From: Rubripirellula sp.
GTDB lineage: Bacteria; Planctomycetota; Planctomycetia; Pirellulales; Pirellulaceae
Reading direction: 5' to 3'
Assembly: GCA_965216875.1 (NCBI GenBank)
Contig: OZ244207.1
Coordinates: forward strand, 3,296,001-3,360,000
DNA length: 64,000 bases
Shown: one piece after another, positions 47,759-57,586 of the stretch
Layout: the number at the start of each line of letters is the position of its first letter
How positions within the stretch are numbered: position 1 is the stretch's first letter
Notes under the pieces: model-generated
What the model saw: the letters and a program-made list of their open reading frames with translations, nothing else
What the model was told of the DNA's origin: nothing
Database searches by the model: none
Made by a program: the position numbers and the translations under genes

Positions 47759-50050
47759 TCAAACCAGTCCGCTGCGACGCCGCAGTGTCCAGGTTGCTGT
47801 CCACATACCAAGGATGCCCAGCAAGACCCACCAACGGTCCCACGCCGGAGTGCGACGCGTCTCGATGGGAAGGTCATCAATGATTTGTTGCTGGATGGTT
47901 TCGGCGATCCGTCCCGCATCCAGCTTGTCGATTACCCGACCACCACTTTCCTTTGCAATACTCGCCAAAAGATCGTCGCGTGGATTCATGTCGAGCGCTT
48001 CGGCGATGGGTCGTCGAACTTCGAAAGCTGTCACGCTACGATCGGTCTCAGCCGCATCCTTCAGTGTGACGCGATAGTTGCCCGGTGCCAACTTTCCGAA
48101 TCGAGCCTGATAGACGCCTGGTTGATCGCCGGCGGGTTCGCAGATGATCTCTTTTGAATCCATATCACCCTCGCGAACCAAATGGACAACGGGCATTCCT
48201 TCGACCGGAACGGTATCTCGCACCAGAAGCGTCGCGGTGGCTGCCATATCGGTGGTGAACTGCGTTCGATCGCTTTGCAGCGCACGATCTTGGCCCGGTG
48301 AGAGCGCAACCCGTGACACCAGCCACTGCAGCAGTCCATTCCAAACGCTCGCGTACGTTTCGTCCGACGCGGCAAACTCGGGCGGCAGCAGCGCCCAACG
48401 CCACATGCCCGAACCCTCGACCACCACCGTGCGGCCAGCGCCGTAGGGTTGGTAGGTCACAATCGGAACCGATCCATCCGTCGCATCGCTGGCGACCAAC
48501 ACGCGCGGCAAACCGCCGCGTTTTTCGGGCGACGCATCGGTCGCCAGTGACGGCAGCGCCGCAAGCGGATCGATGTCGCCGCGCCGAGCAAGCCATCCCT
48601 CGCTGGACGAAGCGTCGGTCACCGTTGCGCGAAAACGCCGCTCGGTGTCGCGCGTCCAACGCACTGGCAACATGCGACCGAGCTTTTCCGAAAGAGTCGA
48701 CTGGGGCGCCCCCCGGGCACAGACGAGCGAACCGCCTTGCGTCGACACCCACGTTCTCAAGCGGGTCACGGTCGTGTCATCGAGATACGCTTCCGAATCA
48801 CGACCAAGCACAATCACTTGGTATTTGTTTAGCGAGTCAGCCGAACCAATCACCGACTCGGGAGTTGGCAAGATCTCCCATGGTGGAGCTTCACTCCCAG
48901 CATCCTCATTGGCCGAATCCGCATCGGCCGCAGCCTCTTCTTCGCCGCTGGGGGCACTGATCCGTTGACGACGATGCAAAAACCGATCGCTTCGCATCAT
49001 CACGAGACTCTCCAGCTCAATCGACGGATCGGACGCGAGTTTACGAGCCAGGAACTTGCTATCCCAGTACGGCTTTCCCTCGAGCAACAGCACACCGATC
49101 GGCGAATCAACGACCCGAACGAGCAAACTTGCACTGTTGTCTTCGTCGGTGGCTTCTGCTGGAAGCGAACCGACGGCAATCGAATAACGATAGAGTCCTG
49201 GTTGCTCCGGCTTTGCCGTGAAGGAAACCTCTTGTCGACCATCGCTACTGAGGGTGACCGTTTTGGTTTCGACCACTTGGCCATCCCGCATCAACCGTAC
49301 ATCGAGCGGCGCCGACTGATAACCTGCGCCCGTCACTTCGGCGGTGAGCTTGACCGGTTGCTCAACAAACGCAAGTCGATTCGCCGCCGACGTTTCGACC
49401 GCCAGGTTCTTAACCACGAGAGGCTGAGCGACCTTGACGGGAAAAAGCGGCGCGCCACGACCGCGCGCGGCCCGTGACGCCGCAACGACACGACGCGCTG
49501 CGCCGGTGTTGTGAATCCCATCGCTCAAGAACACGACCGCTTGCCCACGGGGTCGATCGGAATTGGCAGCAAGCGCGATCGCAGATGCGAGATCCGTCTT
49601 TTGGCCAGGAGCGATCTCGCCCAATTCCCCAAGCTCTCGCCCCCGCGCGTCAGCATCAAACGACAACAATCTTGTTTCGTAGGTTTCATCAAACGACGAA
49701 AGCAAGTCCTCGGCGATCTTGGTCGCAATCTGTAACCGAGTCTCGTCAGCTTCGTCTTTGTCGATAACGTCCATGCTTGCGCTGGTGTCGACCACGACCG
49801 TCACGAGCGGCCGGCCTTCGGGTGGTGGCAACGCTTCGACCCAAGTCGGGTTCAACAGCAGCACCAAGGGAACAGCCCCGGCGACCAACATCAACGCGAG
49901 TGTCCAAAGACGATTGGGGCGGGCGATGGAACTACCGCATCGCCATGCATAAACGCACCAAGCGATCGCCAGCGCAGCGGCCAACGCCACCCAAAGCGGC
50001 AATGACACGCGAGGGTCAAAATCAAGCCATGCGGGAATGATCAAATACAT
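47759..50050 (-). CDS. Membrane vWA-domain protein with glutamine-amidotransferase-like domain
   Basis: MIDAS VVDTSASM..TDL..FLSDG; VLLLEGKPYWDSKFL; YGAGRT..WRW; C-terminal TM ending LRRRSGLV. Confidence 0.85.
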   Translation of the reverse strand: MYLIIPAWLDFDPRVSLPLWVALAAALAIAWCVYAWRCGSSIARPNRLWTLALMLVAGAVPLVLLLNPTWVEALPPPEGRPLVTVVVDTSASMDVIDKDEADETRLQIATKIAEDLLSSFDETYETRLLSFDADARGRELGELGEIAPGQKTDLASAIALAANSDRPRGQAVVFLSDGIHNTGAARRVVAASRAARGRGAPLFPVKVAQPLVVKNLAVETSAANRLAFVEQPVKLTAEVTGAGYQSAPLDVRLMRDGQVVETKTVTLSSDGRQEVSFTAKPEQPGLYRYSIAVGSLPAEATDEDNSASLLVRVVDSPIGVLLLEGKPYWDSKFLARKLASDPSIELESLVMMRSDRFLHRRQRISAPSGEEEAAADADSANEDAGSEAPPWEILPTPESVIGSADSLNKYQVIVLGRDSEAYLDDTTVTRLRTWVSTQGGSLVCARGAPQSTLSEKLGRMLPVRWTRDTERRFRATVTDASSSEGWLARRGDIDPLAALPSLATDASPEKRGGLPRVLVASDATDGSVPIVTYQPYGAGRTVVVEGSGMWRWALLPPEFAASDETYASVWNGLLQWLVSRVALSPGQDRALQSDRTQFTTDMAATATLLVRDTVPVEGMPVVHLVREGDMDSKEIICEPAGDQPGVYQARFGKLAPGNYRVTLKDAAETDRSVTAFEVRRPIAEALDMNPRDDLLASIAKESGGRVIDKLDAGRIAETIQQQIIDDLPIETRRTPAWDRWWVLLGILGMWTATWTLRRRSGLV

Positions 50051-50062
50051 CGTCGCAATTCT

Positions 50063-52180
50063 CTATGACTTGAACCAAACAAGTGTTGCCAGTTCACCAA
50101 TCACACAACCAAGCATGGCAAGTGCGGCCCACACCCAAAGTGAGTCGGTTTGCGATGCCGATTGCGCCGTCGTTTCGTAATCGAGTTTCCGACCACCCGA
50201 AAGACGCTGCTGCAAGACCTCCTGTGACAAAGCCCGCAAGTCCTGCTCGGACGGATCACTACGAACCGCCTCGGCCCACAGTGTTTGGTTCTTGTTGTCT
50301 TTGACGCGATAGACACCTGGAGCGGTCGCAGCCGTCCAGTTCCAAACGAGCGTCCCGTCATGAGATTGAATCTTCCCAGCCGGTGGATCGTCTTCGCTTC
50401 CCGTCGTGCGCGAAACCGCCACGTCATCGGGGCTCGCAATCCCAGCGGGTAGGTCACGCACAATGGGCTGACCGCTCGACGTTCCACCCACCGCGCCACC
50501 CGAGTCGGTCAGTCGCCCAACGGTTTCGACCAACATCGGAATGAAGCCCGCCTGGTAAGCGATGTTACTTGCCGACAGATCGGCGTTGAGCACGGCGAGT
50601 TTTCCAGCACCGACATCGGTGAAGTACAACAGCGTCGAACGATCCGAAAGTGTGGCGGTAACCGCATCGACGATCGCATCATCCAGTGTTCTGGTCGGGC
50701 ATCCTCCACCAACGCGCCAATGCTTGGCGGCAACCGTCAGCGTTTCGCCGAATGCGTCGAAGGGTGCACTTTCGCGATCAAAGTCTTCCACTTTCAAATC
50801 GCGTCGCTTGTCCGATTCCATCGATGCGATCAACTCGACTGGCGGCTGCATCTCGCTGCCAAGATTCTCTTGCAAGCTCTTGAGGTTGTTTGCGTCGGCG
50901 GGCCCACGAGCGATGTAAAGAACGGATTGGCCACGTCGAAGCCATGACGCAACTCGAGGCGCGACCGTATCGTCCCAGGCCTCAACATCGGTGATCACCC
51001 AAAGCCGCGCGGCTTGTGCCGTCGGAGTGTCGAGCGTGCCGGGCGTGATCAACGCCAAGTCCGAATCCTTCTGCTGTTCAAACGATTCGTCGTCGCTGTG
51101 CCGCGAAAGCGCCTGTCGGACAAAAAACGCACCATTGCCCGGACGGTTCTCGGCCTCGGTCACAATCGCAATGCGAGTTTCAGGCCGCACGCCGATGGCG
51201 ATTGGCAACACGTCATCGGCAGGCAATGCGTCATGCGCTTCGACCAACCGGACGTTTCCCCACTGCCAGCCCGAATCAGGCCAGTCGACCGAAATCTGCA
51301 TCGTCGATTCGGATTGCGCATCGACGTTGCCTTCCACCGCCCGCGTGAGTGGGCCGAGCTCAAGTTCCACTTTCACATTTCGATTGTCACCGCTGTGGTT
51401 GGCGACATCGACCAACAATGTCACCGGCTTTCCGGCGGTCGGCGTCGCCGTCAATCGCACTTCTTTGATCGCCAAGTTGCCCGGTGTTTCCTCTGACGAC
51501 ATCGCGATCAATCGAACCTCGGTGTCTTCCGGCAATGCACTGAAGTCGGCCCGTGCCCAACTTGCCCGTTGAAAGTCGCTAATCACAACCAGTTCGCGTT
51601 TGGCATCGCTTGCCGATTGAGCGAACTGGCGAGTCGCTTCGTCAAATGCAGCCGAAACGTTGATCGCGGCCCCCGTTACTTTGGCATCAGCCAATCGATC
51701 GCGCAACAGCCGCAGGTTTGCACTCGGCGTTTCGAAGACCGCACCCGGATCGTGTGAGGCAATCAACAGGTTCGCCGCGAGATTCGGTTTGTAAGCGAGT
51801 TCCTTGGCCGCCGCAGCTCTCGCTTCGTCAAACCGTGTCGCAGCTTCAGCGATCGCCCCCATGCTTTGACTTGCATCGACCAAGACAATCTTGACTCGAT
51901 CCGCTTGCTCGCCGGTTTGGGGTCTTTGGTCACCATCGAGCAATGGTCGCGCGATCGCCATCGCCAATAGCGCCACGGCCAGCGACCGAAATAGCAACAC
52001 CAGAAAATCACGCAACCGATCTTTTGCTCGTCGTTGATGCAAGGCGTCCGAAACCAATCGGATCGTCGACAACGGCATCCGAACCGGCTGAGGCCGTGTC
52101 AACAGATGGACGACGACTGGAATCGCAGCGCCACAGAGTCCGATGACAAACAACATTGGATGCATGAACATGGCGGTCAC
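50063..52180 (-). CDS. BatA-like vWA-domain membrane protein
   Basis: FMHP..AAIPVVVHLL..LLFRSLAVALLAMAIARP BatA N-terminus; LVDASQSM MIDAS; VISDFQ; C-terminal TM. Confidence 0.88.
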   Translation of the reverse strand: MTAMFMHPMLFVIGLCGAAIPVVVHLLTRPQPVRMPLSTIRLVSDALHQRRAKDRLRDFLVLLFRSLAVALLAMAIARPLLDGDQRPQTGEQADRVKIVLVDASQSMGAIAEAATRFDEARAAAAKELAYKPNLAANLLIASHDPGAVFETPSANLRLLRDRLADAKVTGAAINVSAAFDEATRQFAQSASDAKRELVVISDFQRASWARADFSALPEDTEVRLIAMSSEETPGNLAIKEVRLTATPTAGKPVTLLVDVANHSGDNRNVKVELELGPLTRAVEGNVDAQSESTMQISVDWPDSGWQWGNVRLVEAHDALPADDVLPIAIGVRPETRIAIVTEAENRPGNGAFFVRQALSRHSDDESFEQQKDSDLALITPGTLDTPTAQAARLWVITDVEAWDDTVAPRVASWLRRGQSVLYIARGPADANNLKSLQENLGSEMQPPVELIASMESDKRRDLKVEDFDRESAPFDAFGETLTVAAKHWRVGGGCPTRTLDDAIVDAVTATLSDRSTLLYFTDVGAGKLAVLNADLSASNIAYQAGFIPMLVETVGRLTDSGGAVGGTSSGQPIVRDLPAGIASPDDVAVSRTTGSEDDPPAGKIQSHDGTLVWNWTAATAPGVYRVKDNKNQTLWAEAVRSDPSEQDLRALSQEVLQQRLSGGRKLDYETTAQSASQTDSLWVWAALAMLGCVIGELATLVWFKS

Positions 52181-53202
52181 CCTGCGCGCTGCACGAGGAA
52201 TTGGCTCAGGGTATCCAAGTAGCTGGTCGCCGTACTGATCCGACGATAGTCCGCACCGACGGCGGTCGATATCGTTCGAGCCCGCTCAAGATGCTCGCGC
52301 CAACGTTTGCGGTAGAGCTCGCGAACCTCATTGACGCGGCAGCGCACGTTGCCTTCGCCTTCGAGACCTTCGAACTGAAACGCAACACCTTCGGGCAAGT
52401 CCTCTTCGTCCGGATGGATCAAATGCAAAATGACAATCTCCCATCCGCGATGACGGTAGTTTCGCAGTGACGCCGTCAAATCGGTCAGATCGTCGACCAA
52501 CAAATCACTCAGCAACAACATCACGCCGCGACCATGGACGCGACCGATGATCGTTTCGAGTCCGCCCGCCAAGTCGGTTTCGGGAACCGTCTTGATCGAC
52601 TCGATCGCTTCATAAAGTGACCGAGCGTGCGATTCGGTACTTCCCGGGGCCAAGTATTGATGTAGCCCGCCGCCTACAAGTCCCAATCCCGCTTGATCGC
52701 CGCCGCGTGTGACGAGATGTGTCAGCGCGGTAGCAAAGTATTGCGCGTACGTCAGCTTGTCGGGTGCGTCGCTGCGACTAGCGCCACCCGGTAACTTTTT
52801 ACGTAGCCAACCGGTGGCGGCACCTTGAGTCGGGCGACCGTCGAATTGCATCGAACCGCTGCAATCGATCACCGAAAGGCAGGAAAGATTCGTGTCTTCC
52901 TGAAAGCGTTTGATGTAAGCGCGACCGGTCCGCCCGAGGACCCGCCAATCGAGGCGTCTCAGGTCGTCGCCTGGCGTATAGGGTCGATAGTCCGCGAACT
53001 CACCCGAGCCGCCCATCGCGCGCGATCGGTGACGGCCACTGTAGGGACCGTCGACCCGATTGGGCGTCACGAACCGCATGTGTTCGAGCGCCACCAATTG
53101 ACGTAACTCAAGGAAGCGGTATTGCGTTTCGGATCGGCCCTTCGCCCCCTCTGCCGCGCTCGCGCCAATATTCTTCGCCCCAACCCCCGATGCAACACTC
53201 AC
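52177..53202 (-). CDS. DUF58 domain protein
   Basis: GRHRS..GSGEFADYRPYTPGDDLRRLDW..IDCSGSM..LLSDL. Confidence 0.93.
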   Translation of the reverse strand: MSVASGVGAKNIGASAAEGAKGRSETQYRFLELRQLVALEHMRFVTPNRVDGPYSGRHRSRAMGGSGEFADYRPYTPGDDLRRLDWRVLGRTGRAYIKRFQEDTNLSCLSVIDCSGSMQFDGRPTQGAATGWLRKKLPGGASRSDAPDKLTYAQYFATALTHLVTRGGDQAGLGLVGGGLHQYLAPGSTESHARSLYEAIESIKTVPETDLAGGLETIIGRVHGRGVMLLLSDLLVDDLTDLTASLRNYRHRGWEIVILHLIHPDEEDLPEGVAFQFEGLEGEGNVRCRVNEVRELYRKRWREHLERARTISTAVGADYRRISTATSYLDTLSQFLVQRAG

Positions 53203-54200
53203 GATTGCACCTTGTCGAGCAAGTGTTGCACGATGCCATCGGCGTCAATCTGATCGCCGATCGCGCGGTGATTGCCGAGAACGCGATGCCGCAAGACAGG
53301 CAGGGCAATGGAACGCACATCTTCGGCTGTGGGAGCGGCGCGGCCCGACAAAAGCGCCTTCGCTTTCGATGCCATCGCAAGGCACTGAGATCCACGAGGG
53401 CCCGCCCCAAAAGCGACGTATTGCTTGACGAATTCGTCAGCGTCCGATTCGTAGGGGCGACTAGCGCGACACAGGCGAACCACATAATCGATGACGTTAT
53501 CGGGCACCGGGGCGGCCGTGACCAGCTCACGCAATTCGATAAACGCGTCTCGAGTCAGCGTCGATTGCGGAAGCTCCGGTGTGGCGCCCGCCGTCCGGCG
53601 CACGATATCTTTTTCTTGATCCGAGGTTGGGTAGCCGACATGAATCTCCATCATGAAGCGGTCAAGCTGAGCCTCGGGCAACGGGTAAGTCCCCTCCTGC
53701 TCGATCGGGTTTTGCGTCGCAACCACCAAGAAAGGGTCGTCCATCGCATGCGTCACGCCAGCAACCGTTGCGTGCCGTTCGGCCATCGCTTCCAAAAGAG
53801 CCGATTGCGTCTTTGGCGTCGCGCGGTTGATCTCATCTGCCAAAACCAAATTGGCAAAGATAGGTCCGCGCCGAAAAACCATTTCGCGTTTTCCCTCTTC
53901 GCCTTCGCCCATCAACTCATAGCCCGTGATATCCGAAGGCATCAGGTCAGGCGTGAATTGGATTCGCGAAAAGTTCCAATCGAATGCCGATGAAAGCGCT
54001 TTGACCACAAGCGTCTTTGCCAAACCGGGTACACCAACCAAGAGGGCGTGCGATCCGGTCAAAGCGCAAGTTAGCAATTGATCAATCGTCTCCTCCTGAC
54101 CGACGATGACCTGATGCAACGCATCGCGAATCGACTGAACCTGACGACCAAACCCTTCAATCCGTTGGGCGGTGCTGTTGTCACTAATGTCCACTGCCAT
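53199..54200 (-). CDS. moxR: MoxR family AAA+ ATPase
   Basis: GVPGLAKT Walker A, RIQFTPDLMPSD, LADEINR Walker B, ATQNPIEQEGTYPLPEAQLDRF; start set at MAVDIS. Confidence 0.96.
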   Translation of the reverse strand: MAVDISDNSTAQRIEGFGRQVQSIRDALHQVIVGQEETIDQLLTCALTGSHALLVGVPGLAKTLVVKALSSAFDWNFSRIQFTPDLMPSDITGYELMGEGEEGKREMVFRRGPIFANLVLADEINRATPKTQSALLEAMAERHATVAGVTHAMDDPFLVVATQNPIEQEGTYPLPEAQLDRFMMEIHVGYPTSDQEKDIVRRTAGATPELPQSTLTRDAFIELRELVTAAPVPDNVIDYVVRLCRASRPYESDADEFVKQYVAFGAGPRGSQCLAMASKAKALLSGRAAPTAEDVRSIALPVLRHRVLGNHRAIGDQIDADGIVQHLLDKVQS

Positions 54201-54751
54201 ATTCAAGCTACTCAAGCAATAGGGAGGAGAGATTGCCGAACACGCAAAGTGATGCGATGCAAACGGCCGCGAGCGAACGAGAAAACCCTTCCAACACGTC
54301 TGCCAAGTACGTTTGCCCAGCATGCCTTTTGCTTGACCGCACCACCCAGCCAGACAACCCGTCTAATGATAAGGGGCTCTCAGGCTGACATGCAAACTTT
54401 TACATTCGCCTGACATTCCCAAACGAACTCGGCTCAATGAGTACGATCGACGGGCGGGAAAGTTAGGAAATTTCGCCGTTTTTCTCTCTGCTGTTCCACG
54501 TCTCAATCATTGCGATCAAGCGAGCCAAATCCCCAGGAACGCCCGGCGCATCGACGAAGAACCATGGCAAGCGAGTTGATGAAACAGAAAGAGGGCTGAC
54601 TGAAAAATCCAAGAAACCGCCAACCCTTGGGCGGATAACTCGATAGTGCGTGCCGCAGATCCAACGTTTTCGACGCGTAACAAGCCGTTGGCAACTGCTA
54701 TCTGTTTAGGATCGGATATCCTTTTCACGAGTCAGCCCAATCGAGTAGCCG

Positions 54752-55333
54752 ATGGATCCTCAACAACTGGAACAGCACATCGAGGCGGTCAAAGGGGGCA
54801 AACGCGCTCAGTTTCGTCCCATCGTCGAGGCGATGTTGCCGGTCCTTCGCTCCTACGTTGTGGCGCGCAGCCTGCCCGGAATCGATGTCGACGAGATCAT
54901 TCAACGCGTTTTCGTTGAAACCTACAAGCGAATCGGCGAATACCGTTCAGGAACCCAGTTCCGCGCCTGGCTGATCACGATCGCTCGCTACCAACTACTG
55001 ATGGAAGCGACGCGTCTCAGACGCCAAGCCGATTACCATTCGCGTTTTGTTCCGGTCGCCATTGCCAGACAGATGGAGCAGCGACTTGCCGATGACGATT
55101 CCGAAGATCAACGATTGCCCTACCTTCGCGAATGCCTCGACGAGATCCAAGGCACTTCACGGGAATTGATCCGCCATCGATACGAAGCCGATCTATCGAT
55201 GAACGACATTGCAGCAATCACTCAAAGGACCAACGGCGCAATTCGCAAACAACTGTGCCTGATCCGCAAACGCTTGCACGAATGCATCGATGCAAAGATG
55301 AACGCGCAAAACGGTTTCGTGGGAGGCATCTAA
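54752..55333 (+). CDS. ECF RNA polymerase sigma factor
   Basis: DEIIQRVFV..FRAWLITIARY (region 2); LIRHRY..SMNDIA..AIRKQLCLIRKRLHECI (region 4). Confidence 0.93.
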   Translation: MDPQQLEQHIEAVKGGKRAQFRPIVEAMLPVLRSYVVARSLPGIDVDEIIQRVFVETYKRIGEYRSGTQFRAWLITIARYQLLMEATRLRRQADYHSRFVPVAIARQMEQRLADDDSEDQRLPYLRECLDEIQGTSRELIRHRYEADLSMNDIAAITQRTNGAIRKQLCLIRKRLHECIDAKMNAQNGFVGGI

Positions 55334-57004
55334 GTGACTTCCGAAAGATCCGAAGAACTACTCGGCGCAATCCTCGATGGCGAGGCGACGGAACTGGAAA
55401 TCGCCGAACTCAACACACTGGCCGAGCAAGACGAAGCCCTGGCGATGGAGGTTGCTGATCGTATCAGCGAACATCGGCTGCTTGGCCTGATTCATCAACC
55501 CTTCGATTCCGAGCTCTGTGTCGATGCAATCATGGACGCGATCGATCAGGAGGATCAAGCGACGTCGGACCAAATTTTCTCAGGACTCCCCGATCACCAA
55601 TCGACGACTCCCGATTACCACCGCAGACGTGTCCTCCTTGCCTCGATCGCCGCAACGATCGCATTGGCTTTTTGCGTCTATTGGCTGGCGTTCCGATCCG
55701 ATTCTGAAAAGGATTCAACGTCACCCTTGCAAGCGGAACGTCGATCGCCGCGAGGATCGATTGCCACGCTCGTCCTTGATGAAAAATGTGCTTGGTCGCC
55801 GACCAACCCACTTGTCGAAGGCGAGCGAATAGGACGAGGACCTATCGAACTAAAAAGTGGCACGGCAATCTTTCGGTTCGACAACGGTGCTGAGTTGGTG
55901 ATGAGCGGGCCTGCGACGATCGAGCCACAATCGGCGGCCAGTGTTGCGGTGCATCTTGGCGACGTGGTGGTCCGCGCCACCGACGGCGCCGAGGGGTTCG
56001 TTGTCCTCACGCCAACAAGTGAAGTCATCGACCTGGGCACTGAATTCGCCGTCAAAGTCGAGGCCGAAGGCAACACCGAACTGCATGTGCTCGATGGCGA
56101 AGTGAGTTGCCGCAAACTCGGTGACCCCGATCAATTGGCCAAGATTGTTCGTGCCGGCCAAGGGCTATCAATTCACTCGGATAGCCGGCCGGTCGCCGTC
56201 CCGATGAACTCGCCTCGTTTCCGCGAATATGTCCGGCAACTCAACCCACGTCCCCAATCCCATCTGCTGGACGTCTACGAAGGTTTCAATTATTCGCCCG
56301 GGTTTCTCCCGCTCGGTGACAGCACCGTTGGAATCGGTTGGCGTGGGCCTTGGCGAAAACGCAAGCCCTTCGAAATGACGCGTCCGTATGAAGATGCGTC
56401 GCCGGACGAACTCGAAATCGTTCACGGACAAATGAACGTCACATGGCCCGTTCCAGGCGGACGGATGGGCATGCTGAAACTTCCGGCGGGAAACACCTAC
56501 TACGTCAGGCCGATGGAACACGCGATCGACCTCGGCGAGAACTCGATCACGTATGTCAGCATGATGGTGCGAGAAACGGAGCGTCGAAATAAAAAAAGAG
56601 GGCCACGCGAACGGTTGCGTTTAACGTTTCGTTCACTCGACCATTACTATTCCCAGTACATCAGTTTTGGGCACAGCGGCCGCTACCAACCACGTGTGCA
56701 AACCGGCGACGGAGCGCTTCACCGTTCGCCTCAAATCTTGCCAGCCGAACAGACCACTCTTTGGATTGGCAAAATCATCTCGCGCAAAAATAGCGAAGAC
56801 GAAATCTATTTTCGCGTCTACGGCGAAGGTGACACACTCGGGTACGCCGAACCTGCTTCGTGGCACGTCGTTTCGCGTGGCGTCGACTTCGACAACCGCC
56901 TCGATTGCGTGATCCTGAGCTCCGAAGGCACCACTGAACGGATTGTCGACGAAATCCGAATCGGCCCCACCTGGCGTAGCGTCGCCCCCATCATCACGCA
57001 GTGA
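55334..57004 (+). CDS. FecR-domain anti-sigma factor with C-terminal extracytoplasmic domain
   Basis: Abuts sigma; TM helix; LKSG..FDNGA..GPA..VIDLGTEFAV..ELHVLDGEV; C-terminal VYEGFNY..VDEIRIG. Confidence 0.88.
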   Translation: MTSERSEELLGAILDGEATELEIAELNTLAEQDEALAMEVADRISEHRLLGLIHQPFDSELCVDAIMDAIDQEDQATSDQIFSGLPDHQSTTPDYHRRRVLLASIAATIALAFCVYWLAFRSDSEKDSTSPLQAERRSPRGSIATLVLDEKCAWSPTNPLVEGERIGRGPIELKSGTAIFRFDNGAELVMSGPATIEPQSAASVAVHLGDVVVRATDGAEGFVVLTPTSEVIDLGTEFAVKVEAEGNTELHVLDGEVSCRKLGDPDQLAKIVRAGQGLSIHSDSRPVAVPMNSPRFREYVRQLNPRPQSHLLDVYEGFNYSPGFLPLGDSTVGIGWRGPWRKRKPFEMTRPYEDASPDELEIVHGQMNVTWPVPGGRMGMLKLPAGNTYYVRPMEHAIDLGENSITYVSMMVRETERRNKKRGPRERLRLTFRSLDHYYSQYISFGHSGRYQPRVQTGDGALHRSPQILPAEQTTLWIGKIISRKNSEDEIYFRVYGEGDTLGYAEPASWHVVSRGVDFDNRLDCVILSSEGTTERIVDEIRIGPTWRSVAPIITQ

Positions 57005-57111
57005 GAGAGCTGAAAGTGTTGCGGCGAGCGTCTAGAATCTCTTGAGACGGTTGCACGCCAATCGTGCAACGCCTGCCACCTCTCGCTCAACACCCATCCG
57101 GAGAAGCCTCC

Positions 57112-57579
57112 ATGCGTCGCATCCTTTGCACCTGCGCGATCCTGCTCTTGTCCCTTCCCACCGTCGCCCTGTCACAAGACGCGACCGAAGGCGAACACCC
57201 GCTCGTTACTGACGTGAAGGAGCAACTTGGCAAACGCAAACACACGCTCCCCTTCATCATGGTGATCGACCTGCAATGCAAGAAAGAAACGCGAGCCGAT
57301 TTTGTCGCGGCGATGCGAATTGCGATCGCAGAAACCCGAAAAGAAGAGGGTAACGTCCGCTACCAATTGGTCGCCGACCCGAAAGATCAAACACAGTTCC
57401 AAATGTACGAGCAATGGCGAAACATGGACGGCTTTCTGGCACACATGAAAGCACCTTACATCGCCGAGCTCGAATCAAAACTCGGTGACCTGCTCGAAGG
57501 TGACATCGAACTCAAAGTGATGGTCCCCGTGCCCAACAAGGCCGGCGGCAAGAAAGGTGGCAAGAAGAAAGCGAAGTGA
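57112..57579 (+). CDS. Exported ABM-family (putative quinol monooxygenase) protein
   Basis: ETRKEEGNVRYQL..FQMYEQW..FLAHMKAPY; signal peptide; GGAG RBS. Confidence 0.85.
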   Translation: MRRILCTCAILLLSLPTVALSQDATEGEHPLVTDVKEQLGKRKHTLPFIMVIDLQCKKETRADFVAAMRIAIAETRKEEGNVRYQLVADPKDQTQFQMYEQWRNMDGFLAHMKAPYIAELESKLGDLLEGDIELKVMVPVPNKAGGKKGGKKKAK

Positions 57580-57586
57580 TCGCTCT

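Noticed and set aside
54290..54306. TGGCAG-N5-TTGG as a sigma54 promoter for the MoxR operon
   Set aside because: The invariant -12 GC is missing.
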